The translations under genes and the position numbers were made by a program. Below are positions 11,301 through 17,800 of a stretch of DNA of 20,000 bases, one piece after another (position 1 is the first letter of the stretch; the number at the start of each line of letters is the position of its first letter). The stretch lies in the IMG/VR virus record IMGVR_UViG_3300028593_000005; one strand, 5' to 3'. The DNA is from an uncultured virus (IMG/VR IMGVR_UViG_3300028593_000005). Its lineage: Duplodnaviria; Heunggongvirae; Uroviricota; Caudoviricetes. The notes under the pieces were generated by a model that was given only the letters and a program-made list of their open reading frames with translations, made no database searches and was not told where the DNA came from.

Positions 11301-14300
11301 AGCAGTGTGCTAAGAAGAGTGTTACTATAGCTGGAAAGATTATAGGAGCTGTCATAGAAGTAGCTGTTATGCTTATAGATTACTCTAAGGGTAAGACTCA
11401 AGCTGCAGATATTCTCCAAGTTACTCCAGATGAGCTAGACAGTGTAGATAGACAACTTGCTGGACTTGCTAAGGTGCTTAGTGGACTTGTAATAGTTCTT
11501 TCACCTACTCAGTGTGTACAAGCAGTTATCCACCTATTCGAATCTATAGCTAAATGCGGTCTCGAAGACGAATATATTCGTAGACAGGAAGAAGCTAAGG
11601 AATTCATAGCTGCTTATAACAAGGAGCATGGCACAAACATGACTCTTGAAGAGTATAACTACACTAGAGAGAAGAACAAGCTCGACCGTGTATTCTGGCA
11701 CTATGCTGATAAGGCTGGTAATGGCCTTATGAATGGTATAACTGGTATACCTGGAAGAATCAAGACTCAGTTCAAGAACCTTAAAGAAGGTGGCATTAAG
11801 AAGGTATTTGCTCAATCATTAGATTGGAATAGAAAAGATACCAAAGCTATCGGTAACTGGTTTAAGGGTGCAGCAAAGGATGTCTGGGAAACCGATGCGG
11901 TTAAAGGTGTTCGCAAGGGCGGAGACTGGATAGTAGATAAGGGTTCCGACATTGTTGGCGGAGCAAAGAAGTATGCTAAAAAAGGATGGAACGCTGTAAC
12001 AAGTTTGTTTAATGCTCGTGCTGACCAGAACATGTATCCAATTCCATCTGCTTTACTTAACGGACTTGGCATGGATCCATCTGGTGTTACTGGCACTATT
12101 CAGGACTCTATCAAGAACGGTCTATCTAATGCATTCGGAAAGGTATCTGATATCGGCAAGACATTCAAGAGCCTCGTCTCTAAGAATTCTGCTGTAAATA
12201 AGAAAATAAACGATGGTACACTGACACCTCTTGATTCTAAGTTCTGGGAAGTAAGAGGAGACTCTAAGGGTGGCATAGCTGACTCTATGTTCTCTCTGAA
12301 GGAACTCATGGAAAGAGTAGTTAAGGCACCATTCGCAATCGTATCAAACACAATGAAGAATGTTACTGGAGCTATGAGTAGTGACAAGGGTGATATCAAG
12401 ACAGCTAAGGTATCTACTGGTACAAACTCCAAGTCAGACACTTCATTTACATCAAAGCTTACTTCGTCTATCAAGACTGGTATAAGTAAGATAAAGAGTA
12501 TCTTCGGTATGGGTAGTGATGACAGTTATGGCAATGGTACATATGATCCAGATCATATCTATCAGAGAAACTATAACGGTTCTTACTCTACTAAGGGAGA
12601 CTCTACAAGACAAACTCTTGCAGATTCTGGTTGTGGTCCTGCAGCTGCTGCTACAGTCGCTAGAAAGTTTGGTATCAGAGATGCCAATATAACAGAGGCT
12701 GGAAAGTACGCTACGGAAAACAACTACAAGGAAGTTAACGGTGGTACATACCCTGCATTCTTTACAGACTATCTGGCTAAGAAGGGTATACCTGCTAACG
12801 TTACATCTAGCAACAAGAGTGTTCTGAAGTCGCTGCTTAATGGTAATCCTGTCGTACTGATGGGTAACGATTATAGCAATAGCGGCAACACTCCTTACGG
12901 TAGTCAGGCTCACTATGTAGTAGCTACAGGTATCGATAAGAACGGTAAAGTTATTGTTGAAGACTCTGAGTCCAGAACAAGTGGCGACCGTTACGACCTT
13001 GCTTCTACACTGGCTAACAGTTCTGTCAAGATTACTACTGGTATGGGTAAAGAGACTCTTCTCTCGAAGTTCATCTCTAATACAGCTAATGCTATACTTG
13101 TACCTTACGGTAAGATTCTCAAGAACGTACTTAACACTTCTAGCACTAAGAAAGGCAGCACATCTGGTTCTGTTGGAGGAAATCCTGGTGATGCTTCTAA
13201 GATGAAGGGTAAGACACTTACTCTGTCGGATGATGCTGGCAATACACATACAATCTCTATTACCGATGACGAGGTTGAGCTCTATGCTATGCTCACTGGT
13301 GAATGCGGACTTAGTCCTGCGGCAGCTTGTGGTGCTATAGGTAACTGGGAGCAAGAGTGTGGTATCAACTCTATCAGAAACGTTGCTACTAAGGGTGTTA
13401 TCTATTATGGTGGCGGTATCATGCAGTGGACTCCTGGTTCAAAGCATGAAAACTGGGCTAGAGATAATGGCTTTGCTGGTGATGTATGGAGTTGGGAAGC
13501 AAACCTCGCACATGCTAAACATGAGATCATGAACGGCGGTAACTGGGCTAATCCTGCTAACGCTAGTCCTTCATTTGCATCTCAGGGACTTACACCAGTA
13601 GGTTCATTCGAGGAATTCAAGAAGCTTTCAGATCCTGAATCTGCAGCTGCTAACTTCGAAAGAGTATTTGAGGTTTCAGGTGACTGGAACGGTAGAAACT
13701 CTGAGGGAGTTCACTACTCTGAGAATATGATCTATGATCGTCTCAGAAGACTGAATGCTAAGATACTGTACGAGCTTATCGTCAATGGTAAGAGCGATTC
13801 AGACAGCACAGGTAAGGGTAGAGCTAACAGAATACTCAGCAGATTCGGTAAGGGTACAGATGGTTATGACTACATGGCTTATTATGATGACGCTAAGGCA
13901 ACTTACGATAAGCACATGAAGGAAATGAACGATCTTAAGAACCATAGGGGTACATTTAAGAACTTAAGTGGACCTGGTTACGATGCTGCTTGGAAGAGAG
14001 TCAACGATGATCTCCAAAGAGCAAAGATACAGTTCGATATGGCTGAAACATTCAGAGACCTCAAGAAGGTTGGTAAGAGTGATGCTGAGGCTTTTGAGAC
14101 AGTATACAAGAGCCGTACAAATATGGGTAACAGATTCCCAGATAAATACGGTACAGTTATCCAGGATTCTAGATCGTATAAGGAAATCACTGAGAATGCT
14201 AAGGCTGATGAGGCTGCTAAGTCTGGTGCTACTACATCAACAGCTGCATCGTCTGGCAAGCAGTCACTCTTTAGTATCATTTCCAATGATATCATCACTG

Positions 14301-15550
14301 CATCAAAGAAACTCTTCGGACCTCTGTATGATGCTCTCTTCGGAGACACGGCAGAAGAAGAGGGAGCAGCAAGTTCTAGCAGTGGTGTACCAGGCGATGT
14401 TAATACTAACTTCAATGGACAGATCGTTGCTCCATTCAGAGGTAAGTTTAAGTGTTCATGTAGATTTGGTTGGTATAACGATGGTGTTCATCCTAATGGA
14501 CATAACGGTACTGACCTTCTTTCATGTGGTTCTTCAGACGAAGACTGGACAGTATACTCACTTTGTGATGGTGTTGTTACACACGTTACAAGTGGATATG
14601 CTCCTAACACTGGTTATCTTGGTTCTAGTGATGGTGGAAGAGCTGGTAACTATGTTGAAATCACTGGTACTGACGGATACATCTATCAGTTCATGCATCT
14701 TAACGCAATTCATCAAGACATTAAGGAGAATGCTCAAGTTTATATCGGTTCACCAATCGGTATAGGTGGTCATACTGGTTCTTCTACAGCTAGACATCTT
14801 CACTTCGGTATCAAGAAGTCTGATGGTACATTCGTCAACCCTGAAGTTTATATCATGGGCTTCCCGAACGATGATATCGTAGAGTATCAGGAATACGAAT
14901 CACACCTCTTCACTGGTCAGGGTAGAACAGCTCCTAAGATTAGTAAGTCTGAATTCAAGTTCGGTAAAGCTAGAAGTCCTAGAACGGTTAGCCAATCTAG
15001 ACAGGCTGAGCTTGCTATGAGAATGAAGTCTGCTAATAGGAAAATCTACAATACCCTCGGCGCTGAAGATCAGAGCTATAGACGTAAACTTCTGAAGACA
15101 AGAGCTGAGGATAACAGAAATCCACAGCTGATTCAGACAGGTATCTATGCAGATGCAGTACACAATACCGCTAGACGTAGTGTTATTCCTCAGACTAACA
15201 TCAAGATCAACGGTAGTGATGCTGTAGCTATACCAGCTAACTCTGGTATGGGAATGGGTAGAGGTTCTGAATCTACAATCAATCTGGAACTTACATCAGT
15301 GGTAGAAATCCTCAAGACTATAGCAGATAACAGTGCTAGAAATGAACAGATAGTTCAGCTCCTTGCTGCTATCGTAGCTAACACTGCTGCTAAGAATGGA
15401 GATACAACAACTGCTGATCTTCTTAAGCTCATCACTACAGCAGGTGGTAGACCGAGTACATCAGCTCCAATCACAGCACTCAACTCTATACTCAACAACT
15501 CCACAAGTAAAGACATATCATCTGCAGTGTATCAGATAGCTAAGAATTAA
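2315..15550 (+). CDS. Giant tape-measure-like virion protein with C-terminal C39-like peptidase, phage tail lysozyme and M23 peptidase domains (virion-associated peptidoglycan hydrolase)
   Basis: 4411-aa uninterrupted ORF with a strong SD. K/A/G-rich helical body. TMP-type A-x-GG...L-x2-GE-x-V motif (6233-6292). Three glycine-zipper hydrophobic segments (6551-7015). Three recognisable catalytic motif sets in the last ~1000 aa. Lies next to a tail-tube/baseplate gene. Confidence 0.85.
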   Translation: MLNKVAQYAKNVGKSVIYSAADVAGEMFTNPKSFVEENKESLKGVYNSVRDYRTTFKRVKDRIQKSDVYVAASVGVNSLIEDIKTGDWYAKDRETRLTEKFGGLGIGDDWDMDGAEFDWDKEGMDVSDGDKIIATAIKKNTKLNTMMTTDAIVTVGKAQIDASRENTTLLFMQNEKLMGSVNNGFERITRLLTDSANANIKNQQKTWEKTAKFYEKIEKNTNTIVAQLDELLKMQRNLYEDQRQSQKKGNKTTVTSVVNANGMLNLRDYKNAIRKNLSDTITEATGLSMDSFKIGDGNTLALMLANPMRELTQGFLKKNINKSFKASANNLNEVLGGLAYTLFGQLNNMKLNGTGMNKLMGSIFGMKMDREGNFDTSKYTKGPVPFDGITKKAITEVMPHHLAKIASALTGEDEEIFDYNSGKWTTKRAKYNEILKNEKNKAMSAMGDFFSYMKQGVGGDFNKIMKSKQDADKFIKGLTAFANAFYENPDFNMLRNPREYGIDEDVAKFIQKSFQETKYNYRYTKKRDWRYGNGTAVKDREQQRIAGLDWSKGNPILTSRDDVTVVLANTIKSVFESRKRNADKRKDIGNNPLSLELLFASEGIDINKNSGEWLERFKKKHGEYDQKSIMNSPTAKAIAMTADKYGYTIFDYLKNIKLDLAGIRSNGLFSIALGGGDLNDANTSNSSEMSFEVKEKYDWKRLQEGDKRKRHDEEAFERRYQEEQAKWEQNERYRKSGDKRYNKRLRRPNRVDLSSDNVKGQFGSILNDITEEFKRDEVERQKQEKANQKDMFDVLEEWGLISSDEKRNAQAVKYDKEKDLKEQMKAAQGGKAKLLLARAYMKSIADKPWQYATDAMVSTEALIHDIFFKHAFKMKNNDGETVEEKGLFGMLQESFKGGFDSLTNMIGTKLENFFTKEDGWWQKNVVKKIFAPDSFFGQLKESIIGKSDGEGFRTGGVLGSLWDSLKRNANDVSEIIKRDARSLTGKKDEDQESSGGSSDSSSGGSNSNNPADWQGVRTFLISAFSYNMSLDMKYNYADEYIAWAQKKRYNPTAAKNPTNVIRYFTKIRKPVFDQTMFNSNNNSLFNAARLGEERRVADILSSRAEFNQSHGKSRADKKNYKFYTECENAISGLGHPEMKDEFIKFLKQNNITRESIAKEIGAVDFKNTTQITEYAKLFIAKLTETHKAKYAMEQKRLYRINNVISGDRRSTRELKAEYTSNQIKANEEAAKAAKREAAENRVHESIEKVIGPSLQKIVEPIKKIADSLTRPIGSNTPDENSLKPLNSSGRYNAGYNERFGSGLPGSAYGGVAKSNMTSILSPGEIVMGRGGSGVVPKMGVYGLSKGDVVINPASPSKASKQYAAERKYRNKLMANATVSEGTATDEKSIRQSILDFFNNGEKVDVATDYLAKAGIGGIAGALLGMPLLGAGLGIATGLSKRSNGFANAIFGDLGENGERADNGLISTELQKAFPSMRKGALLGGALSLVTPLGPLAGILLGGAAGIAEHEGMFDGLIFGEDSLLGDKEKFKQKLPKIGLGALAGAVFSPIGILPGALLGSAAGMVASTDKFKEFIFGKEVDGKKQGGVVGTIKKAINPLKNFGQDLIESTMSAVFGEKVQDENGKEKREGGLMGEVKDWVIKPFKEGAESIAQSFKNVAQDIKDTFAEKIGQHFENVFGENLAARITDFLRNPLKKMIGGAVKVGGTIALSPFMAGAHMVKSVGNRLERGRIRRGTAFNRSAEERLQYRDQHKFGFGFDAIMRGRGFKNAESLEFDTNIADVARDRTSTQIGDIEAQLAALTTGDPYRDRYNQAKNDFSNSLLEYMNTADAGRVTKMLRYPAPDFKAAQKFIKSKAKGKDGRTLLDRADQEIILKALDQFKKDTQRIMQQQQVFKNTSKEQMLENLKKAGISEKFLKNKKGLEKLKKNFHTEYKSKYHQEAEDGIATPQGKIENNVAVISDQIADLPEKIGKAIWDAYYQYKNTDEQFNAEKSKRDASFRKAKADYAKAKGYANENMLTDYEIETIKSQVGYTDDEALLSRIRHDRSKVTSGLASASGLRGDVSERLSAIREQNPGMSNDEIRLQALESLERDHDLRNASAGGNANARNFGGFKHQNNFLARRSIGVAKLGARAVGVVGAVGSHVPLVGGLFNKIGTGANALAGWLGDNQKYSAGRKAKQGDINKRGNILTVTDDAYITKRRRTLGKIISEMYEKFKNSYKPRHKGVKYKGTVYPFTVDGFKEYIKAAFPEFEKEGSFSKELSLMQKKRKKDYADLIDRILNLKINQKLLGEAEKYFDTNKPVEGDGEIHTNAFLSDGFHPIRAVKNFFSGNKNSEKGSKDAQDNEKNSVFTKMLAELKGIKDNTKESLKDKTGNIKEKGGSLIQKIIKGAVKVAIFAPLFTGIYKQFVQPWVKEHLMPFFKDKLGPLFLGKKSTYQDEDGSTVEKWEGGMFSGLANMISPALAKVKNFFKGVKDWIFNQGKYASPDKGSSGLLHTLVDLWKLGADSILAKLPKVLEGVKNGVGSIVTKGFEIVTTNAIPALFKGVGYAVKGIVNAIKKPDSTEVGQGDPSSLVDVANNIDAYNQFNAADQAIISNAKSVHTVTNPFTGAKNIFAVSNEGEINQVGSGSGYQVGSDMAKLNSSLGVLNSGNKVTAVGTSETINATSTRTDIAGDAVYYADNDTEHKNPLRMDANGNYYKAKDLIEVQNPNYKTNNVWNSMHAEENLINAEEADASGAAQASLGNRLATGYGKRALISNKSYKGLYSLSSRLFGKGTQKVAVGVKKTLGRIPGVGGKVFKGIGTVAEKEGKAIEKLTDKASNRGAKMGWKNKLINKLADKIEEKGLDKILSTNVKDLFKKNAKEAAEEGIEHGAKGAISKMEKEVAEKAAKEVAGETVEKVAKEGGEKALKEMAEEAAEKGAKKAVTEGAEKAAKSGMLSKLTGFIKNAFKKLFGDGSVMKEFIEGIASKFGKKITSKGVEEGIEEGAEKAAKEVVEQCAKKSVTIAGKIIGAVIEVAVMLIDYSKGKTQAADILQVTPDELDSVDRQLAGLAKVLSGLVIVLSPTQCVQAVIHLFESIAKCGLEDEYIRRQEEAKEFIAAYNKEHGTNMTLEEYNYTREKNKLDRVFWHYADKAGNGLMNGITGIPGRIKTQFKNLKEGGIKKVFAQSLDWNRKDTKAIGNWFKGAAKDVWETDAVKGVRKGGDWIVDKGSDIVGGAKKYAKKGWNAVTSLFNARADQNMYPIPSALLNGLGMDPSGVTGTIQDSIKNGLSNAFGKVSDIGKTFKSLVSKNSAVNKKINDGTLTPLDSKFWEVRGDSKGGIADSMFSLKELMERVVKAPFAIVSNTMKNVTGAMSSDKGDIKTAKVSTGTNSKSDTSFTSKLTSSIKTGISKIKSIFGMGSDDSYGNGTYDPDHIYQRNYNGSYSTKGDSTRQTLADSGCGPAAAATVARKFGIRDANITEAGKYATENNYKEVNGGTYPAFFTDYLAKKGIPANVTSSNKSVLKSLLNGNPVVLMGNDYSNSGNTPYGSQAHYVVATGIDKNGKVIVEDSESRTSGDRYDLASTLANSSVKITTGMGKETLLSKFISNTANAILVPYGKILKNVLNTSSTKKGSTSGSVGGNPGDASKMKGKTLTLSDDAGNTHTISITDDEVELYAMLTGECGLSPAAACGAIGNWEQECGINSIRNVATKGVIYYGGGIMQWTPGSKHENWARDNGFAGDVWSWEANLAHAKHEIMNGGNWANPANASPSFASQGLTPVGSFEEFKKLSDPESAAANFERVFEVSGDWNGRNSEGVHYSENMIYDRLRRLNAKILYELIVNGKSDSDSTGKGRANRILSRFGKGTDGYDYMAYYDDAKATYDKHMKEMNDLKNHRGTFKNLSGPGYDAAWKRVNDDLQRAKIQFDMAETFRDLKKVGKSDAEAFETVYKSRTNMGNRFPDKYGTVIQDSRSYKEITENAKADEAAKSGATTSTAASSGKQSLFSIISNDIITASKKLFGPLYDALFGDTAEEEGAASSSSGVPGDVNTNFNGQIVAPFRGKFKCSCRFGWYNDGVHPNGHNGTDLLSCGSSDEDWTVYSLCDGVVTHVTSGYAPNTGYLGSSDGGRAGNYVEITGTDGYIYQFMHLNAIHQDIKENAQVYIGSPIGIGGHTGSSTARHLHFGIKKSDGTFVNPEVYIMGFPNDDIVEYQEYESHLFTGQGRTAPKISKSEFKFGKARSPRTVSQSRQAELAMRMKSANRKIYNTLGAEDQSYRRKLLKTRAEDNRNPQLIQTGIYADAVHNTARRSVIPQTNIKINGSDAVAIPANSGMGMGRGSESTINLELTSVVEILKTIADNSARNEQIVQLLAAIVANTAAKNGDTTTADLLKLITTAGGRPSTSAPITALNSILNNSTSKDISSAVYQIAKN
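10880..11315 (+). repeat. Low-complexity E/K/A repeat tract (AEKAAKE-like) within the giant protein
   Basis: The 25-bp sequence GCTGAGAAGGCTGCTAAGGAAGTAG occurs identically at 10967-10991 and 11273-11297. Its 18-bp core recurs at 11099-11116, with several degenerate copies. Confidence 0.75.
12551..13036 (+). other. Peptidase C39-like (papain-fold) domain within the giant protein
   Basis: YQ...TLADSGCGPAAAATV (Cys3440), GNPVVL, HYVVATG (His3533), VIVEDS (Asp3550): the typical Q/C/H/D arrangement of C39-like domains. Confidence 0.8.
13270..13790 (+). other. Phage tail lysozyme (Phage_lysozyme2-like) domain within the giant protein
   Basis: GLSPAAACGAIGNWEQECG (candidate catalytic Glu3681), GGGIMQWT and AAANFERVFE match the family pattern. 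Confidence 0.85.
14423..14860 (+). other. M23 zinc metallopeptidase domain within the giant protein
   Basis: HNGTD (HxxxD, His4063), GNYVEI, FMHL, IGIGGHTGSSTARHLHFGI (HxH, His4161/His4163), VNPE. Confidence 0.9.
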
Positions 15551-15553
15551 CGT

Positions 15554-15593
15554 GAGAAGACCAGTAGAGGGAAACCTCTACTGGCTCTCTTTT
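15554..15593 (+). terminator. Rho-independent terminator after the giant gene
   Basis: 10-bp perfect stem CCAGTAGAGG (15561-15570), GAAA tetraloop, CCTCTACTGG (15575-15584), then CTCTCTTTT. Confidence 0.85.
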
Positions 15594-15601
15594 GCCTCTG
15601 G

Positions 15602-15614
15602 AACATTTCTATAA
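15602..15614 (+). promoter_or_regulatory. Putative phage late promoter AACA-TTTCTA-TAA
   Basis: Exact AACA-N6-TA match just after the terminator. SD AAGGAGGT at 15626-15633 and ATG at 15640. Confidence 0.75.
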
Positions 15615-15639
15615 CAACGACTAAAAAGGAGGTAACGTT

Positions 15640-17727
15640 ATGGCTAATACATTCTATGTAGATCATAAAGACATGATATCCATGTTAACCAATGTTCATT
15701 TTGGTGCCTGGCTAGTTATAGATTCTCCTACTATAGCAGCATATGGAGATTTCTCCCATATACCAGATTCACTCATTGGTAATATCAGTGGTCCTATCAA
15801 GGTTCTAACGAATGATTATAAAGCTATAGATGGAAAGCACTACGTATCAGTATTGGTACCGTCAGATACAGTAGGAAACAACTGGAAGAAAGCTCAGTAT
15901 GTATGGATCAATATAGGAACTGATGATAGTGGTATAGCTAAACTCTATACAGGAGGAAATAACAATAGCTACATTAAGAAGACCAGGATAACTTCATACA
16001 CAAAGCATGATGCTGGAAGAGATCTTGCTTCTACACCTAAGTTCGTAGAGTGTGGTAGAGCTGATCTCAATAGAATCCAAAACATATCTGAATGGTCAGC
16101 TAATATAAGCGTTATGCAAGGAGACGCTAGTGCTGCTGGAGGAGAAGACGCTGTAGCTAGAATAGAGGCATATGCTGTAGATGAGTTTTGGATTACAGAT
16201 CCTACTGCTACTGCTGCAGACTATAGTAAAGCTATAGACAGTATGAATGACCTTAAGAAACTTAGATTTGTCTTCGGTCTTCCCTATCAATTCCTTCCAA
16301 CCGCAGATATGAGAGTTCAGAATAGCAATCCTAACTCTGCTGGAGAAGATGAGATCTTTGGTGTAACATTTGCAGAGAAGATAGCATCTAGAATGCCTCT
16401 CTTATATCTAACTCCAGGTAACTCAAGATTCCTTGCCGACAATACATCATCAGAACGTCAGGGTGCTATCTCTAATATCATCGACCACATGTTTGGAGGC
16501 AATGATGGTAATCTGAATGACCTTCTTGACGGTTACTCTGGTAAGCTGTATTCTATACAACCTGCTTACAATGAATACTTCCAGTATGTCAATCCTATGT
16601 GTAGAATAGGAGCAGTTCTATTAGGACTTGATCATCTTGCTACTGGTCAGGATAAGAGAGCTATAGCAGATGATTTTGATACAGAAGCAGAGTATAACGA
16701 GTATAGAATGCTTGATGGACGTACTTGTTCCGACTATAACTGGGCTTGGGCCGATAATAGTGGAGAGGACGATTCATTCAAGGGAGACAATGAGACCAAC
16801 TCTGCGTTCGAAAAGGTTGTAGAGTGGGCTGAAGATACTTTGTCTTGGATATACTATCGTCAAGTTATCCCATTTTATATCACATCTGAGGCTCAGTTCT
16901 CAGATAACTTCTCGAATGAGACTACAGAATCTAGTCTTGCATCTAAGATCAATGGTTTCTCCGATGCAGCAAGAGAGATGCAGTTCCTTATGGGTAGTAC
17001 ATCATCTATGATAGCAGAAGACTTTGATGCTCTAGGGGACGTATTCGCTAACTCTCGTAAGGCTATAGACGACTTTACCTCTAAACTCGCTGGTAATGGT
17101 AATATCTTCTCTAGCTTACTTGGTTCACTGAAGACTGTAGCTACTGGCGGTAGACTTCAGTTCCCTAATATCTGGTCTAACTCTTCATACAACAAGAGTT
17201 ATCAAGTAAGTATCAAGCTTACTACACCATACTATGACGTCAAGTCGTGGTGGTTAAATATCTATGTTCCGTTGTGTCATCTTATAGGTCTTGTTATGCC
17301 TAGAGGTGAGTACCACAATGGCTATTCAGCACCGTTCCTTGTAAAGGCTTTCTATAAGGGATCGTTCAATATAGATATGGGTATCATCACTGAAATGACA
17401 GTCAATAAGGGTAAAGAAGGTGGATGGACAAAGGATGGTCTTCCTACAGTAGTAGATGTATCGTTCACTATCCAAGATCTCTATTCTTCAATCTCTATGA
17501 CTCCTATTACACTTGCTAAGAGCAACACTTTGGAGAATATTCAGGAGCTTGACTATCTCTGCAGTCTCTGTGGTATCAATATCAATGAGCCTGAGCTTAC
17601 AAGAATCGTTAAGCTGTATGCTACACTCAATATCACCAGCAAATGGGTAGACATTCCGTTCAATCTTACTGCTAATATAGGCCAGAAACTGTCCACGAAG
17701 ATCTCTAATATCTTCTCTGCGTTCTAA
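15640..17727 (+). CDS. Virion structural protein, probable baseplate tail-tube cap/initiator (T4 gp48-like tube fold)
   Basis: 695 aa with a strong SD. The C-terminal pattern FPNIWSNSSYNKSYQVSIKL.TP...MPR...SAPFLV...GIITEMTVNKG...WTKDGLPTVVDVSFTIQDL resembles tube-initiator/gp48-type proteins. Directly follows the TMP-like gene. Confidence 0.6.
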   Translation: MANTFYVDHKDMISMLTNVHFGAWLVIDSPTIAAYGDFSHIPDSLIGNISGPIKVLTNDYKAIDGKHYVSVLVPSDTVGNNWKKAQYVWINIGTDDSGIAKLYTGGNNNSYIKKTRITSYTKHDAGRDLASTPKFVECGRADLNRIQNISEWSANISVMQGDASAAGGEDAVARIEAYAVDEFWITDPTATAADYSKAIDSMNDLKKLRFVFGLPYQFLPTADMRVQNSNPNSAGEDEIFGVTFAEKIASRMPLLYLTPGNSRFLADNTSSERQGAISNIIDHMFGGNDGNLNDLLDGYSGKLYSIQPAYNEYFQYVNPMCRIGAVLLGLDHLATGQDKRAIADDFDTEAEYNEYRMLDGRTCSDYNWAWADNSGEDDSFKGDNETNSAFEKVVEWAEDTLSWIYYRQVIPFYITSEAQFSDNFSNETTESSLASKINGFSDAAREMQFLMGSTSSMIAEDFDALGDVFANSRKAIDDFTSKLAGNGNIFSSLLGSLKTVATGGRLQFPNIWSNSSYNKSYQVSIKLTTPYYDVKSWWLNIYVPLCHLIGLVMPRGEYHNGYSAPFLVKAFYKGSFNIDMGIITEMTVNKGKEGGWTKDGLPTVVDVSFTIQDLYSSISMTPITLAKSNTLENIQELDYLCSLCGININEPELTRIVKLYATLNITSKWVDIPFNLTANIGQKLSTKISNIFSAF

Positions 17728-17747
17728 TTAGATCTAACTAGACCCAA

Positions 17748-17760
17748 AACAATAGAGTAA
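17748..17760 (+). promoter_or_regulatory. Putative phage late promoter AACA-ATAGAG-TAA
   Basis: Exact AACA-N6-TA match in the short intergenic gap before the RusA-like gene. Confidence 0.7.
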
Positions 17761-17800
17761 GGTGGAACACACCTTACTCTATTATAAAGGCGGTGAACGT

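Noticed and set aside
10880..11315. CRISPR-like or DGR-like repeats
   Set aside because: The repeats are in-frame coding and irregularly spaced. There is no adenine-specific variation pattern and no RT or cas gene in the window.
2518..15163. Many 60-300 aa antisense and off-frame ORFs inside the large genes (e.g. 12452-13354, 6113-6841, 10642-11355, 13968-14765)
   Set aside because: They fully overlap well-supported genes, have S/L/F-rich shadow-frame composition, and show no recognisable motifs. Codon bias explains them.
17762..17800. ORF-track start GTG 17762 for the RusA-like gene
   Set aside because: No SD at a usable spacing and only 3 nt from the predicted TSS. GTG 17801 has a good SD.
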